Shown: piece by piece, positions 21,117 to 33,736 of the stretch
Position numbering within the stretch: the stretch's first letter is position 1
Layout of the letters: each line of letters begins with the position of its first letter
Assembly: GCA_012798435.1 (NCBI GenBank)
Contig: JAAZNF010000003.1
Span: forward strand, 2,154 to 66,153
Length of the DNA stretch: 64,000 bases
Origin: Myxococcales bacterium
GTDB lineage: Bacteria > Myxococcota > B64-G9
Reading direction: 5' to 3'
Notes under the pieces: model-generated
Told to the model about the DNA's origin: nothing
What the model saw: only the letters and a program-made list of their open reading frames with translations
Database searches by the model: none
Program-made: the position numbers and the translations under genes

Positions 21117-21938
21117 TCAGCTCTCCTTGGGGAACTCTCCCTTGAAGCAGTACTGGTAGACCCATCCGATGAATACCATCCCGCCGACGATGTTGCCCAA
21201 GGTCACCGGAGCCAGGTTCCAGACCAGGAACTGGTCCCAGGTCACGCTGGCGCCGAGGAAGATGCCGGTGGGAATGAAGTACATGTTGGCCACGCTGTGC
21301 TCGAAACCGGAGGCCACGAAAGCCATGATGGGGAACCAGATGCCGAAAAATTTCCCGATCATGTTCTTCGAGGAGAGCGCCAACAGGATGGCCACGTTGA
21401 CCAGCAGGTTGCAGGCGATGCCCTTCATGAACGCCGACCAGAAGCCCCCAGCTCCCGCCGCCATGTACGGCAGCACCTTGGCCTGGGCGATGGCGACCGC
21501 GTTCTTGCCGAAAGCCGTGAGCTCGCCACCGGGGCCTCCGACCACGAAGGGGCCGACCGACATCAAGTAGGCCCAGAAGATCGAGCCCAGGAAATTACCG
21601 ATGTAGACGAAAACCCAAGCCCACAACATGCGCGACCAGGACAGCTTGCGGTTCATGCAAGCCACCGGCATCAACATGCAGTCGCCGGTAAACAGCTCCA
21701 TGCCGGTGAGCACAATGGCAATCAGGCCGACCGGGAAGACCGCGCCCGCGATGAGCTGCCCGAGGCCCGGGGCGATATCCTTGAGGCCGGTGGAGCATAC
21801 CGTGGCCAGCGCACCGCCGACAGCGATGTACAAACCGGCCATGAAAGCACGCAACATCCAGTTGGATTGTGAGAGATTACCCTTGTAGGCACCTGCCGCA
21901 CAGCATGCCTGGACAATTTCGACTGGTTTGTTCGCCAT
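21117..21938 (-). CDS. Formate/nitrite transporter (FNT) family channel, FocA/NirC-like.
   Basis: FNT signature regions (GMELFTGD, GNFLGSIFWAY, GFEHSVANMY); six TM; adjacent to the formate dehydrogenase genes. Confidence 0.8.
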   Translation of the reverse strand: MANKPVEIVQACCAAGAYKGNLSQSNWMLRAFMAGLYIAVGGALATVCSTGLKDIAPGLGQLIAGAVFPVGLIAIVLTGMELFTGDCMLMPVACMNRKLSWSRMLWAWVFVYIGNFLGSIFWAYLMSVGPFVVGGPGGELTAFGKNAVAIAQAKVLPYMAAGAGGFWSAFMKGIACNLLVNVAILLALSSKNMIGKFFGIWFPIMAFVASGFEHSVANMYFIPTGIFLGASVTWDQFLVWNLAPVTLGNIVGGMVFIGWVYQYCFKGEFPKES

Positions 21939-22049
21939 CTCACACAGCTCCTTTCTCCTCGATTGTGTTTGTGAGCACCGGCTCTCGTTTTACGTGAACG
22001 GAAACTCTTCTCAAACCGTCCGGAAAACAATTCCTTCAGACGCCGGGGC

Positions 22050-22430
22050 CTACCGCCCGGTACGTATGAGCAAACGCTTCACGCTCTCCAACAGGATCTG
22101 TGGCGCCACCGGCTTGTTCAGCAGCTCGGCGACTTTCAGCGTGCTGGTGTCGAAGGTCTGCTCGGCCGCGTCTGCGATGGAGGAGAGCATGATCACCGGC
22201 AGACCGGCGTGTTTCTCCGCCAACCAGCGGGCGAGCTGGATGCCGGCGTCGGACTCCTCCATCATGATGTCCAGGATGATCAGATCGGGGCGCTCTTTCT
22301 CGATCTGCCGCCGGCCGTCGCCAGCGGTGGGCGCCTCGCGCACGGCATAACCGGCCTTCTCGAGTACGATGCGGCACGCACTGCGGATGTCCGCGTCGTC
22401 GTCGATGACAAGGATCTTGGAGTTTGCCAT
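22050..22430 (-). CDS. Single-domain response regulator (CheY-like receiver).
   Basis: KILVIDDD, phospho-acceptor context DLIILDIMM, S/T and KP residues; ATG with GGAGG 6 nt upstream. Confidence 0.7.
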   Translation of the reverse strand: MANSKILVIDDDADIRSACRIVLEKAGYAVREAPTAGDGRRQIEKERPDLIILDIMMEESDAGIQLARWLAEKHAGLPVIMLSSIADAAEQTFDTSTLKVAELLNKPVAPQILLESVKRLLIRTGR

Positions 22431-22450
22431 GGTCTTCCTCCCTCCCAGTC

Positions 22451-24190
<1,740 letters not shown>

Positions 24191-24203
24191 GGTGTCACCC
24201 CGC

Positions 24204-26903
24204 TTAGGCTTTGGCGGTGCCGGCGCGCTCGATGCGCGCCGCGCACACCTTGTATTCGGGGATCTTGGCCACCGGGTCCAGCGCGTCGTTCGTCAACCGG
24301 TTGGCCGCGGCCTCGGCGAAATGGAAGGGCACGAAGATCGACCCCGGGGCCACGCGTTGAGTGACCAGCGCCCGGGTCTCGATCCGGCCGCGCCGCGTGA
24401 CCACCACTACCCGATCGTCCGCAGCGATGCCGGCGCGGCGGGCGTCCTCGGGGTGGAGTTCGACGTGACCCGCCGCCACGATGAGGTTCAGGATGCTCGA
24501 GCGGCGGGTCATGCTGCCGGTGTGGTAGTGCTGCAGGATGCGCCCGGTGCTGAGCACCATGTCGAACTCGCCGTCGGGGACCTCCGCGGGCGGGCGATAC
24601 GAGAGCGGCGTGAGCAGGGCCAGGCCGCGGGCGAACTTGCCGCAGTGGAGCACCTTGGTGCCGGGGTGGTCCTCGCTGGGGCAAGGCCATTGCAGCCCGA
24701 CGCGCTCGAGGCGCCGGTAGGTCATGCCGGCGTAGGAAGGCGTGAGCCGGCGCATCTCCTCGAACAGGCCCTCTGGCGTGCGGGGGAAGTCGTGCCCGAA
24801 GCGCTTCGCCAGATCGGCCACGATCTCGTAGTCCTGGCGCACATTGCCGGTCGGGACCAGCGCCGGCCAGGTGAGCTGTACCCGCCGCTCGGTGTTGGTG
24901 ATGGTGCCGGTCTTCTCGGCGAACGACACGCCGGGCAGAACCACGTCGGCCAAGCGCGCGGTCTCGGTGAGGAAGATGTCCTGGACCACCAGGAGGTCGA
25001 GTTTCTCCAGGCTCTCCTCCACATGGTGCAGGTTGGGGTCCGACATCATCGGGTTCTCGCCGAGGACGTACAGAGCGCGGATCTTGTCGCCGGCGGCCGG
25101 GATCATCTCGGTGAGCGTCATGCCCGGTTTGGCCGACAGCGGCGCACCCCAGGCCTTGGAGAACTTCTCCACCGCGGCCGGGTTGGTCACCGGCTGGTAG
25201 GCGGTGAACACGTTGGGCAGGCCTCCCATGTCGCAGGCGCCCTGCACGTTGCTCTGGCCCCGCAGCGGGTTCACCCCGCCACCCTCCACGCCGATGTTCC
25301 CGGTGATGAGTTGCAGGTTGACACAGGCCTTCACGTTGTCCACGCCGTGGCTGTGCTGGGTGATGCCCATGCAGTAGTAGAGCGCGCCCACCCCGGAGCG
25401 CGCGAAGAGCTCGGCCGCGGCCCGCAGGTCGGCCGGTTTCACGCCGGTGAGCTCCTCGACCTTCTCGGGGGTGAAGAACTCGATGGCCTTGCGGTATTCT
25501 TCATACCCCTCGCAGCGCTCCCTGATGTAGGAGGCGTTCTCCCAGCCCTCGTGCAGGATGATGTACTGCAAGCCAGAGAGCAGCGCCACGTCCGAGCCGT
25601 TGCGCTGCTGCAACCAGATGTGGGCGAAGTCGCACAGCTCGATGCGCCGCGGATCGCACACGATGAGCTTCGCCCCGTGGTGCTTCACGGCCCGCTTCAT
25701 GAGCGAGCCGAACACGGGGTGGTTCCAAGTGGTGTTGGAGCCGATCACCAGGATGACCTTGGACTTCACCACCTCGGCCATGCTGTTCGTCATCGCGCCG
25801 GAGCCCAGTGTGGTGGCCAGACCGGCCACCGTGGAGCTGTGTCAAAGCCGGGCGCAATGGTCTATGTTGTTGGTCCCGATGACCGCCCGCGCGAAGCGGG
25901 AGAAGGCGTAGTTCTCCTCGTTGGTCACCTTGGCCGAGGTCAAGAAGCCGATGGCGTCCGGGCCGTGCTTTTCCTTGATCTCCTTGAACCCGGCGGCCAC
26001 GCGATCGAGCGCCTCGTCCCAGCTCGCCTCGACCAGCTCGCCGTTCTTGCGCACGAGCGGATGTCGCAGCCGATCGGGCGCGTCCACGAAATCGAGCCCG
26101 AACCGCCCCTTCACGCACAGCATCCCCTGGTTCGGCTGCTCCTGCCAGTCCTGCTCGTGGGCCATGGCGTAGGCGTAGCGGTTGTCTTTGGTGTAGAGGT
26201 CGATCTGGCAGCCCACCCCGCAGTACGGGCAGGTGACCTTGGTGGGCCGGGCCTCGTACGGCCGGATCTTGCGCTCGCGGGGTTGCTTGAGGGTGAGCGC
26301 CCCCACCGGGCACACCTGCACGCACTCGCCACACTGGACGCAGCTGGACTGACCCATCGGCACATCGTCGTCGCACACCACTCTGGCGTGACTGCCGCGG
26401 TGGGCGAAGGCCAGCACCTGGTTCACCACCCCGTTCTGGCAGGCGGCCACGCACCGGCCGCAGTGGATGCACTTGTCGCTCTCGCGCAGGATTCCGGGGG
26501 AGGAATCATCCAGCGGCGTGGGGTGCGAATCGATCCGCAGCCCGGGCCGGTCGATGCCCAGGTGGTACGCCATGTCCTGCAGCTCACAGATGCCGTTCGC
26601 CTGGCAGGAGATGCAGTTGTGGTGCCCCTCGGAGAGGAGCAGCTCCACGATCATGCGCCGGACGGAATGGATCCGCGGAGTGTCGGTGCGGACCACCATG
26701 CCTTCCCGCACGGGGAGGGCGCAGGATTCCTTCAGACCGCGCTGCCCCTCGACCTCGACCACGCAGGCCCGGCAACGGCCCGCCTTGCCGGTCTTGGGGT
26801 GGTAGCACAGGGCGGGGATCCAGATCCCCGCCGCGCGCGCGGCGTCCAGCACTGTCTGGCCGGGCTGGGCGTCCACGCTGCGCCCGTCGATCGTGATCTT
26901 CAT
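24204..26903 (-). CDS. Formate dehydrogenase alpha subunit (NAD-linked type: N-terminal 2Fe-2S/4Fe-4S clusters + molybdopterin domain) with in-frame TGA (selenocysteine) at 25842..25844. The ORF track splits it into 25842..26903 and 24204..25829.
   Basis: Both ORFs are in the same frame, separated by TGA + 3 codons; sequence across the stop reads [30 protein letters not shown] (conserved FDH Sec motif); SECIS-like hairpin directly downstream; ATG at 26903 with GGAGG. Confidence 0.8.
25805..25841 (-). promoter_or_regulatory. Bacterial SECIS-like hairpin 11 nt downstream of the in-frame UGA of the formate dehydrogenase gene.
   Basis: mRNA: UGA-CACAGCUCCAC-GGUGGCC-GGUCU-GGCCACC; 7-bp stem with GGUCU apical loop, same spacing and loop as the E. 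coli fdhF SECIS. Confidence 0.6.
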
Positions 26904-27026
26904 GCGATTTCCTCCGAGGATGGTGAGTTCAGTCGATCAGCCACGGAAGCGACGGAGCGAGAAAATACAAGCCGTTGACTCGCTTGTCAATATGGTTCCT
27001 CGGCTCCGCCGTTCAGGGGACAGCGG

Positions 27027-27512
27027 TCAGCCGCCCCAGGCCATTCCTGCGTATTCTTTCATGATCTGGTCGTGCAAGGACTGGAACAACCGCGCGTGTT
27101 CTCCCTCCCAGGCCGCGAGCTTTTCCAGGGCCTTCTTCGCCGCGCCCGAGGACTGCTTGGCGGCGGCCGTGTAGAATTCCTGGAGGTCGCGCTCGATGAG
27201 AAAGGCCATGCGCAACACCGGCAGGTCGGGTACCATGGCCTGCGCCGTGGTCTGCTCGATCATCTCGCTGGCCGCGCGCTGGCTGAAGAAGCCCGCGTCG
27301 TGCTGCACCGCGTCTTCCTTGGCGGCCTGCTTGCCGCAGCACCGATCGAGCAGGTTCTGCACGTAACGGATGTGCCCTTCCTCCTCCTTGGCCAGGCGTT
27401 CGAAGACCGCCTTGACCGCGGCGTGCTGTGCCGCCTGGGCGTGCTGGCTGAAGAAGCGATGACCTTCCTTCTCCCGTTGGAGAGCGTACTCGAGCGCTTT
27501 CTTTTCGTCCAT
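27027..27512 (-). CDS. Rubrerythrin/ferritin-like diiron protein.
   Basis: Four E..H/ExxE helix motifs (EKEGHRF, EEEGHIRY, ERDLQEFY, EGEHARLF); ATG with GGAGG upstream. Confidence 0.65.
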   Translation of the reverse strand: MDEKKALEYALQREKEGHRFFSQHAQAAQHAAVKAVFERLAKEEEGHIRYVQNLLDRCCGKQAAKEDAVQHDAGFFSQRAASEMIEQTTAQAMVPDLPVLRMAFLIERDLQEFYTAAAKQSSGAAKKALEKLAAWEGEHARLFQSLHDQIMKEYAGMAWGG

Positions 27513-27634
27513 GGATGCCTCCTGGATTTGGCCGCAGGGGAAAGTAGCGGGTTCGAAAGACCATGTCAATCCAGCAGAGGCGAGGGCCGGCCTTTTTGCT
27601 GGACAGCCTGCGTCGCCGATGGCAAATTGCGTCC

Positions 27635-28873
27635 ATGAGCCGCGCCACGCAGCCGGCCGCGCCCTACGCGCCATCCTTTCGTCACGGCTTTCGGCCCGGA
27701 GCGGACGCGCCCCTCCTGGCGGAGCCGGCGGGCATGCGCGCCGAGCGCATGCTGCTCATCGGTGCCACCTCGCGGGACGCGGGCAAGACCGAGTTCGCCT
27801 CTCGCGTGCTGCGCGCCGCGGCCCGGTCGCGCGAGGTGGTCGGCATCAAGGTGACCCCGGTGGACCCGGAGGTGGGCGGTTGCCCGCGGGGCGAATGCGG
27901 CTGCGGCCTGTGCGCGCGGCTGGACGCGCCTTTCGAGATCGTCGAGGAGGACGGCCGCGAGCGCGGCAAGGACACCGTCCGCCTGCTCGAAAGCGGCGCC
28001 CGGCGGGTCTTCTGGCTGCGCGCCCGGCGGCCGGCCCTGGCGCAGGGCATGGCGGCTCTGCTCGATCGGATCGGCCCGGAGGCACTGTGCCTCTGCGAGG
28101 GCAACAGCGTGCGCCAGGTGGTGGAACCGGGGTGGTTCGTCATGGTGCGCGGGCCCGCGTGCGTCACGGAGAAACCCTCGGCCCGGGCCGCGCTCTCCCT
28201 GGCGGACGTCGTCACCTCGCGCACGGAGACCGGCTTCTCCGTCTCGCCGGAGGAGTTCTCTCCCGGCCCGTCCTCGCCCTGGAGCCTGCGCCTCCCGGCC
28301 ACGGCGGTGGTGCTGGCCGGTGGGCTCAGCCGGCGCATGGGGCGCGACAAGGCGCTGCTCGAGCTTGGGGGCCGCTCGCTCATCGAACGGGTCGCCATGA
28401 CCCTGAGTGACAACTTCGCCGAGGTGTTGCTCAGCGTGGACCGCGCGGATCGTTTCCCCTCCCTCCCCTATTCGAAGGTCGCCGATGCCGTCCCGGGCCA
28501 GGGGCCCTTGCGGGGCGTCGTGTCCGCCCTGCGAGCCGCCTCGTACCCCCTGGTCTTCTTCGCCACCTGCGATCTCGAGAACGTGCCGGTGTTCCTGGTC
28601 CACCGGTTGCTGCGCGCGGCGCGCGGGCACCAGGGAGCCGTGCTGCTCAACACCGATGGCTGGCCCGAGCCCCTGTTCTCGGTGCTGCACCGTGACTGCC
28701 TGCCTCACCTCGAGGGTGGCCTGGAGCGGGGGGAACGGCGCCTGGCCCGGCTCTTCGGCGCGCTGCGCCTACGCTACGTTCCCGTTCCGGCGCAAGAGCC
28801 CCTGCTCGATCTGAACACCCCGGAGGACTATCGCCGCGCCTGCGAGCGTCAGCCGGGGCGCGTCCTGGAGTGA
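27635..28873 (+). CDS. MobB-like / MobA fusion (molybdopterin-guanine dinucleotide biosynthesis). Start uncertain (ATG 27635, or later MRAERM).
   Basis: N-terminal MobB-like P-loop LLIGATSRDAGKTEF; C-terminal MobA (AVVLAGGLSRRMGRDKALLELGGRSLIERV). Confidence 0.65.
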   Translation: MSRATQPAAPYAPSFRHGFRPGADAPLLAEPAGMRAERMLLIGATSRDAGKTEFASRVLRAAARSREVVGIKVTPVDPEVGGCPRGECGCGLCARLDAPFEIVEEDGRERGKDTVRLLESGARRVFWLRARRPALAQGMAALLDRIGPEALCLCEGNSVRQVVEPGWFVMVRGPACVTEKPSARAALSLADVVTSRTETGFSVSPEEFSPGPSSPWSLRLPATAVVLAGGLSRRMGRDKALLELGGRSLIERVAMTLSDNFAEVLLSVDRADRFPSLPYSKVADAVPGQGPLRGVVSALRAASYPLVFFATCDLENVPVFLVHRLLRAARGHQGAVLLNTDGWPEPLFSVLHRDCLPHLEGGLERGERRLARLFGALRLRYVPVPAQEPLLDLNTPEDYRRACERQPGRVLE

Positions 28874-28898
28874 CGACCCGAAAGAGAGGTCCGGGGGC

Positions 28899-29597
28899 TC
28901 AGCGGGACTCCCGCTCGGTGGTGCGCCCGACCCGCTGCTTGTGCCGGCGCTGCTGGAGGCGGCTCTTGGCCTCGAAGCGCATGCGCAGGCTCTCCTCTTT
29001 CTCTCCGCCGATGTCGCTCTCGCGCACCGGAGGAGAGAAACGCCGCACCACCGCGAGCAAGCGGCGCACCAGCCGTCGCGGATCGGAGTCGAGTAGCAAC
29101 CGGTCGGGCGGCGCGCTGCGCCGGCAGAAGGCCAGGATCTCCTCGACGTGATCGGAGATGCCGCCGGTGCCAGTGAGCACGCCGACGGGCTTCTGCTCTT
29201 CGAAGGCCACGGTGAACTCGTTCAGCGTGCCCATGCCGCCCCCCACCACCACGATGCCATCGGCCGAGCGGATGTTCACGATGTCGCGCTCCATGAGCCC
29301 CATGCCCGAGAACAGCAGCATGTCGTACTGGGACACCGGCGAGCCGTAGATCTCCAGGTGCTCGCGCAGGCTGAAGGCCGGCGACACCCCGAACACGAAG
29401 CCGCCCGCGCGGCGCGCCCCGGCGGCGGCCCGGTCGGGAAGCCCCGGACAGGCCCCGGTGACACAAATGCAGCCCGCCCCGGCGATGGCCCGCCCGAGAT
29501 CGAAGGCCAGCCGCCTCGCCCGCGGATCGCGGATGGTCGGACCGGAGGCCGAACCCATGACACCGATCTTCCACTTGCGTCTGGCGACGTTTGGCAT
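28899..29597 (-). CDS. LOG-family / TIGR00725 Rossmann-fold protein.
   Basis: KIGVMGSASG ... VVGGGMGTLNEFTVAFEE motifs. Confidence 0.6.
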   Translation of the reverse strand: MPNVARRKWKIGVMGSASGPTIRDPRARRLAFDLGRAIAGAGCICVTGACPGLPDRAAAGARRAGGFVFGVSPAFSLREHLEIYGSPVSQYDMLLFSGMGLMERDIVNIRSADGIVVVGGGMGTLNEFTVAFEEQKPVGVLTGTGGISDHVEEILAFCRRSAPPDRLLLDSDPRRLVRRLLAVVRRFSPPVRESDIGGEKEESLRMRFEAKSRLQQRRHKQRVGRTTERESR

Positions 29598-29777
29598 GCG
29601 CGCTCCCGGTATGGCGGCTCTTCGGCCGCGGCACCGATATACCAGGTGGAGGGCCGGCGTTCAACCTCAAACCCTGGCCCACGCACTCGGAAACGGGTTC
29701 TCCTTGACATCGCATCGCGGGCCGAAATAAGGTGGAGCCTCTTCAAGGCGGAACAAAAACCGCGGAGGATTTTTCCG

Positions 29778-31862
29778 ATGAAAAAGTACGATTCCAAGGA
29801 GATCCGCAACATCGCGCTGGTGGGACACAAGGGCTGCGGCAAGACCTCGATCGCCGAGGCCTTCCTGTTCGACGCCAAGCACACGACGCGCCTGGGCAGC
29901 ATCGACCAGGGAACCTCGACCTTCGACTACGACGAGGAGGAGCTCAACCGCCGCATGACCATCGCGGTGAAGCCCGGCACCGTCGAGTGGAAGAAGCGAA
30001 AGGTGAACGTGCTGGACACCCCGGGCGACGGCAACTTCATCTACGAGACGCGCCTCAGCATGAGCGCGGTGGACGCGGCGGTGGTGGTGGTGTCGGCCCC
30101 GGACGGCGTCGAGGTCCAGACCAGCCGGGTGTGGGACCGGGCCGAGGAGCTGCAGATCCCGCGCGTGGTGTTCATCAACAAGATGGACCGCGAGCGGGCC
30201 GACCCCGACAAGGCCCTGGCCGAGGTGCACAGCGACCTGTCCAACAAGGCGGTGCCGGTGCAGATCCCCATCGGCAAGGAGGCGGGGTTCGAGGGCGTGG
30301 TGGACGTGCTCACCGGCAAGGCCTACCTGTTCGAGAAGGACGCCTCGGGCGGCTTCAAGACGATCGACGCGCCGGCCCAGCATCAGGAGGCCCTCAAGAA
30401 GGCCCGCGAGGCGTTGATCGAGAAGATCGCCGAGAGCAGCGACGCGCTGACCGAGAAGTACCTGGAGACCGGCGAGCTGTCTCCCGAGGAGATCGCCTCG
30501 GGCTACGCCGCGGCGGTGAAGAGCTGCAACCTGTTCCCGGTGCTGTACGGCTCCGCCATCCGCAACATCGGCATCCCCATGCTGCTGGATCTCACGGTGG
30601 ACACCCTGCCGGACCCCACCGAGCGCCCGCCGGTGAAGGTGCAGGTGGCCGGCGGTGGGGAGGCCGAGCGGGCTTGCAAAGAGAGCGAGCCGCTGCTGGC
30701 CTTCGTGTTCAAGACCCTGGACGCCCAGGGCGGTACCCTGTCGATCTTCCGGGTGCTGTCCGGGACCCTCTCCGGCGACTCCAGCGTGTTCAACACCAAC
30801 ACCGGCACCGAGGAGCGGGTGGGCGCGGTCATGAGCATCACCGGCAAGAAGCAGGACTCGATGCCGGCAGCGGGCGCGGGCGACATCGCCGGCGTGCTCA
30901 AGTTCAAGAATACCGCCACCGGGCACACTTTGTGCGACAAGAAGATGCCGGTCACGGTGCCGTTGCTCCCCGTTCCGCCGCCCGCCATCTCCTACGCGGT
31001 GAAGCCCAAGAGCAAGGCGGACGAGGACAAGCTGGGAGTGTGCCTCAACCGCTTGCTCACCGAGGATCTCACCCTGCGGGTGAGCCGGGACGAGGACACC
31101 AAGGACTTCTTGCTCTCGGGCATGGGCACGGCCCACGTGGAGCTGTCAGTGGCCAAGCTCAAGCGCCGCTTTGGGGTAGATGTGAACCTGGAGACCCCCA
31201 AGGTGCCCTACCGCGAGACCATCACCAAGAAAGCCCAGGCCCAGGGGCGGCACAAGCGCCAGACCGGCGGGCGGGGGCAGTTCGGCGACTGCTGGCTAGA
31301 ACTCAGCCCGCAGCAGCGTGGGGCTGGCTTCGAGTTCGAGAACCGCATCAAGGGTGGCGCCATCCCCGGCCAGTTCATCCCCGCAGTGGAGAAGGGCGTG
31401 GTGGAAACCATGGCCAAGGGAGTGCTGGCCGGTTTCCCGGTGGTGGACGTCAAGGTCGCGGTATACGATGGTTCGTACCACGAGGTCGACTCGTCCGAGA
31501 TGGCCTTCAAGCGCGCCGCCTCGATTGGCTTTAAAAAAGCCTTCCAGGAAGCCAAGCCCATCCTGCTGGAGCCCGTGTACAACATGGAGATCGTGGTCCC
31601 CGAGGACAAGATGGGCGACATCATCGGTGACATCAACTCGCGCCGCGGGCGAGTGCTGGGCATGGAGACCAAGGGCAAGCGCTGCACCGTCAAGGCCCAG
31701 GTGCCGCTCTCCGAGATCCTGATGTACGCGCCAGACCTGGACTCGAAGACGGGCGGGCGCGGCAGCTTCACCATGGAGTTTTCCCATCGCCAGCAGCTCC
31801 CCGAGGCCCTGGCCCAGAAGGTCATCGCCCAGTTCAAGCCCACCGATGAAGAGGAAGAATAA
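29778..31862 (+). CDS. Elongation factor G paralogue (EF-G-like translational GTPase).
   Basis: G-domain motifs (GHKGCGKTS, DTPGDGNF, NKMD); EF-G domains II-V; 694 aa. Confidence 0.85.
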   Translation: MKKYDSKEIRNIALVGHKGCGKTSIAEAFLFDAKHTTRLGSIDQGTSTFDYDEEELNRRMTIAVKPGTVEWKKRKVNVLDTPGDGNFIYETRLSMSAVDAAVVVVSAPDGVEVQTSRVWDRAEELQIPRVVFINKMDRERADPDKALAEVHSDLSNKAVPVQIPIGKEAGFEGVVDVLTGKAYLFEKDASGGFKTIDAPAQHQEALKKAREALIEKIAESSDALTEKYLETGELSPEEIASGYAAAVKSCNLFPVLYGSAIRNIGIPMLLDLTVDTLPDPTERPPVKVQVAGGGEAERACKESEPLLAFVFKTLDAQGGTLSIFRVLSGTLSGDSSVFNTNTGTEERVGAVMSITGKKQDSMPAAGAGDIAGVLKFKNTATGHTLCDKKMPVTVPLLPVPPPAISYAVKPKSKADEDKLGVCLNRLLTEDLTLRVSRDEDTKDFLLSGMGTAHVELSVAKLKRRFGVDVNLETPKVPYRETITKKAQAQGRHKRQTGGRGQFGDCWLELSPQQRGAGFEFENRIKGGAIPGQFIPAVEKGVVETMAKGVLAGFPVVDVKVAVYDGSYHEVDSSEMAFKRAASIGFKKAFQEAKPILLEPVYNMEIVVPEDKMGDIIGDINSRRGRVLGMETKGKRCTVKAQVPLSEILMYAPDLDSKTGGRGSFTMEFSHRQQLPEALAQKVIAQFKPTDEEEE

Positions 31863-31896
31863 CCCTCGCCCTGGTCACCGCTGAAGGGGGTGACGC

Positions 31897-33000
31897 GTGA
31901 GCCCCTGCCCGATTCCCGCATCGGCCATCAGCGAGCCGTTCCGTAAGCACGTCGACCCCGCCGCGCCTGCGCCGCTGCGCATGATGGCCTCGCGCGGCCT
32001 GGTGCCCATGCCGCCGCGGGAGACCGTGAGCGTACTGGCCTGTCTGTGCTTCGACGATGACCCCAAGATCCAGGAGGGGGCGCAGAACACGCTGACCTCG
32101 CTTCCCGACCGGGTGCTGACAGGCGCGCTCAAAGAAGACCTCCACCCGCTGGTGCTGGACCACGTGGCTCGCACCATACCCTTCAAGGAAGCGGTGATCG
32201 AGGCCATCCTGGTCAACCCCCAGACCCCCGACGAGACTTTCGCCTATCTGGGCGAGACCCTGGACGGGCCGCTGCTCGAGATCGTGTTCAACAACCAGGT
32301 GCGCATCCTGCGTCACCCGCCCATCGCCCAGGCCCTCATCTCCAACCCCAAGGCACCCAAGTCTCAGGTCGACATGCTGATGGACTTCGCGGTGCGCACC
32401 GGCATGGACTTCGCGGGGCTGGCGGCCTTCGAGGAGGCCAAGAAGCGCGTGCTCTCGGCGCCGCGCGACATCAAGGAGGAGGCGCGCATCCAGCAGGTGG
32501 TGGTAGCCTCGCTGCCCGAGGAGATGCTGCGCGACGAGGTCGAGCCCAAGACCGCCCAGGAGGCCTCCGAGGCTGAGAAGAAGCGCGAGACCATCCTCAA
32601 GAAGCTGCACACCATGACCGCAGCCCAGAAGGTGGCCTTGGCCCAGAAGGGCAACAAGACCATCCGCATGGCGCTCATCCGGGACGCCAACAAGGTGGTG
32701 GCCGTGGCGGCCATCAAGAACCCGGGCGTCAGCGAGTCCGAGGTGATCGGGGTGGTGACCAGCCGCGCGGTGAGCGACGAGGTGCTGCGCATCATCTGCA
32801 ACAACCGGGAGTGGACCCGCTCCTACGCGGTCAAGCTGGCCCTGGTCCAGAACCCCAAGACCCCGCTGGCCTTCTCCATGCGCTTCCTCCAGTCCATCCA
32901 CACCGGCGACCTCAAGGGGATCGCGGGCAACAAGAACGTCCCCTCGGCGCTGGCCAACGCCGCCCGCGAGATGCTGTCCAAGCGCAACGCCGGCCGCTGA
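31897..33000 (+). CDS. Hypothetical protein with helical repeats (GTG start).
   Basis: Long ORF with high GC3; no recognisable catalytic motif. Confidence 0.4.
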   Translation: MSPCPIPASAISEPFRKHVDPAAPAPLRMMASRGLVPMPPRETVSVLACLCFDDDPKIQEGAQNTLTSLPDRVLTGALKEDLHPLVLDHVARTIPFKEAVIEAILVNPQTPDETFAYLGETLDGPLLEIVFNNQVRILRHPPIAQALISNPKAPKSQVDMLMDFAVRTGMDFAGLAAFEEAKKRVLSAPRDIKEEARIQQVVVASLPEEMLRDEVEPKTAQEASEAEKKRETILKKLHTMTAAQKVALAQKGNKTIRMALIRDANKVVAVAAIKNPGVSESEVIGVVTSRAVSDEVLRIICNNREWTRSYAVKLALVQNPKTPLAFSMRFLQSIHTGDLKGIAGNKNVPSALANAAREMLSKRNAGR

Positions 33001-33023
33001 TCCGGCGCGGCCGGGAATCGCTA

Positions 33024-33722
33024 CTATTCCAGCGGATATCCCGCCTGGACCCAGGCGGTCTTACCCCCGGAGAGGTACTGTATCGAGCAGTAACCCAGGG
33101 AAACCAGCGCCGCCCCCGCGACGCCGGACCGGCCACCGCTCTGGCAGTAGAGCACCACCCGGACGCTCTTCTCAGGCCCGATGAAGGCCACCAGCGCGTC
33201 GGTGTCGCTGTACCCGATGATGGCATCCGTCTTGGGGATCGACGGCGCCCCGGCCACGTTGATCAGGAGAAAATCCTTTTCCTCCAACGCCGCGTGCAGG
33301 TCCTCGACGGAGATCATGGTCAGGGCCGGGGGGCTTCCACCGAGGCAAGCGACTCCCTCGTCTTCCAAGGCCGCGCCATCATCGGCGGACGCATCTTCCC
33401 CATCGGGCATCGCGCCAGCGTCCGGCTCGTCCGTCCCTTCTGCGTCATCCACGAGAGGATCCACATCGGAAAAAGATGAATCGCCCGCACCCCCCGGTAC
33501 GGTTCCGACCGGAGAACATCCGCAAGCCGCCAAGGCGAGCACCACGCTAATGGCCACGAGCGACTTCTCCAGCCAACGCACTCGGCCGGCGAAGGCGGCA
33601 GCCTCGACCACTGCCGGTTTCACCGTGTTCCGGCAGTGCCAAGAGCAAAGGGACCACCCGATATCACCGAGCGTCCTCCCGTGATTGTCATCGAACCTTG
33701 CAGTTGGGGGGAACCGGCTCAA
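33024..33722 (-). CDS. Rhodanese-domain lipoprotein. Start uncertain (an internal GTG upstream of the signal peptide is possible).
   Basis: Signal peptide/lipobox ISVVLALAACGCS; rhodanese active-site context VVLYCQSGGRS. Confidence 0.6.
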   Translation of the reverse strand: MSRFPPTARFDDNHGRTLGDIGWSLCSWHCRNTVKPAVVEAAAFAGRVRWLEKSLVAISVVLALAACGCSPVGTVPGGAGDSSFSDVDPLVDDAEGTDEPDAGAMPDGEDASADDGAALEDEGVACLGGSPPALTMISVEDLHAALEEKDFLLINVAGAPSIPKTDAIIGYSDTDALVAFIGPEKSVRVVLYCQSGGRSGVAGAALVSLGYCSIQYLSGGKTAWVQAGYPLE

Positions 33723-33736
33723 CGACCCGAAGGCGT

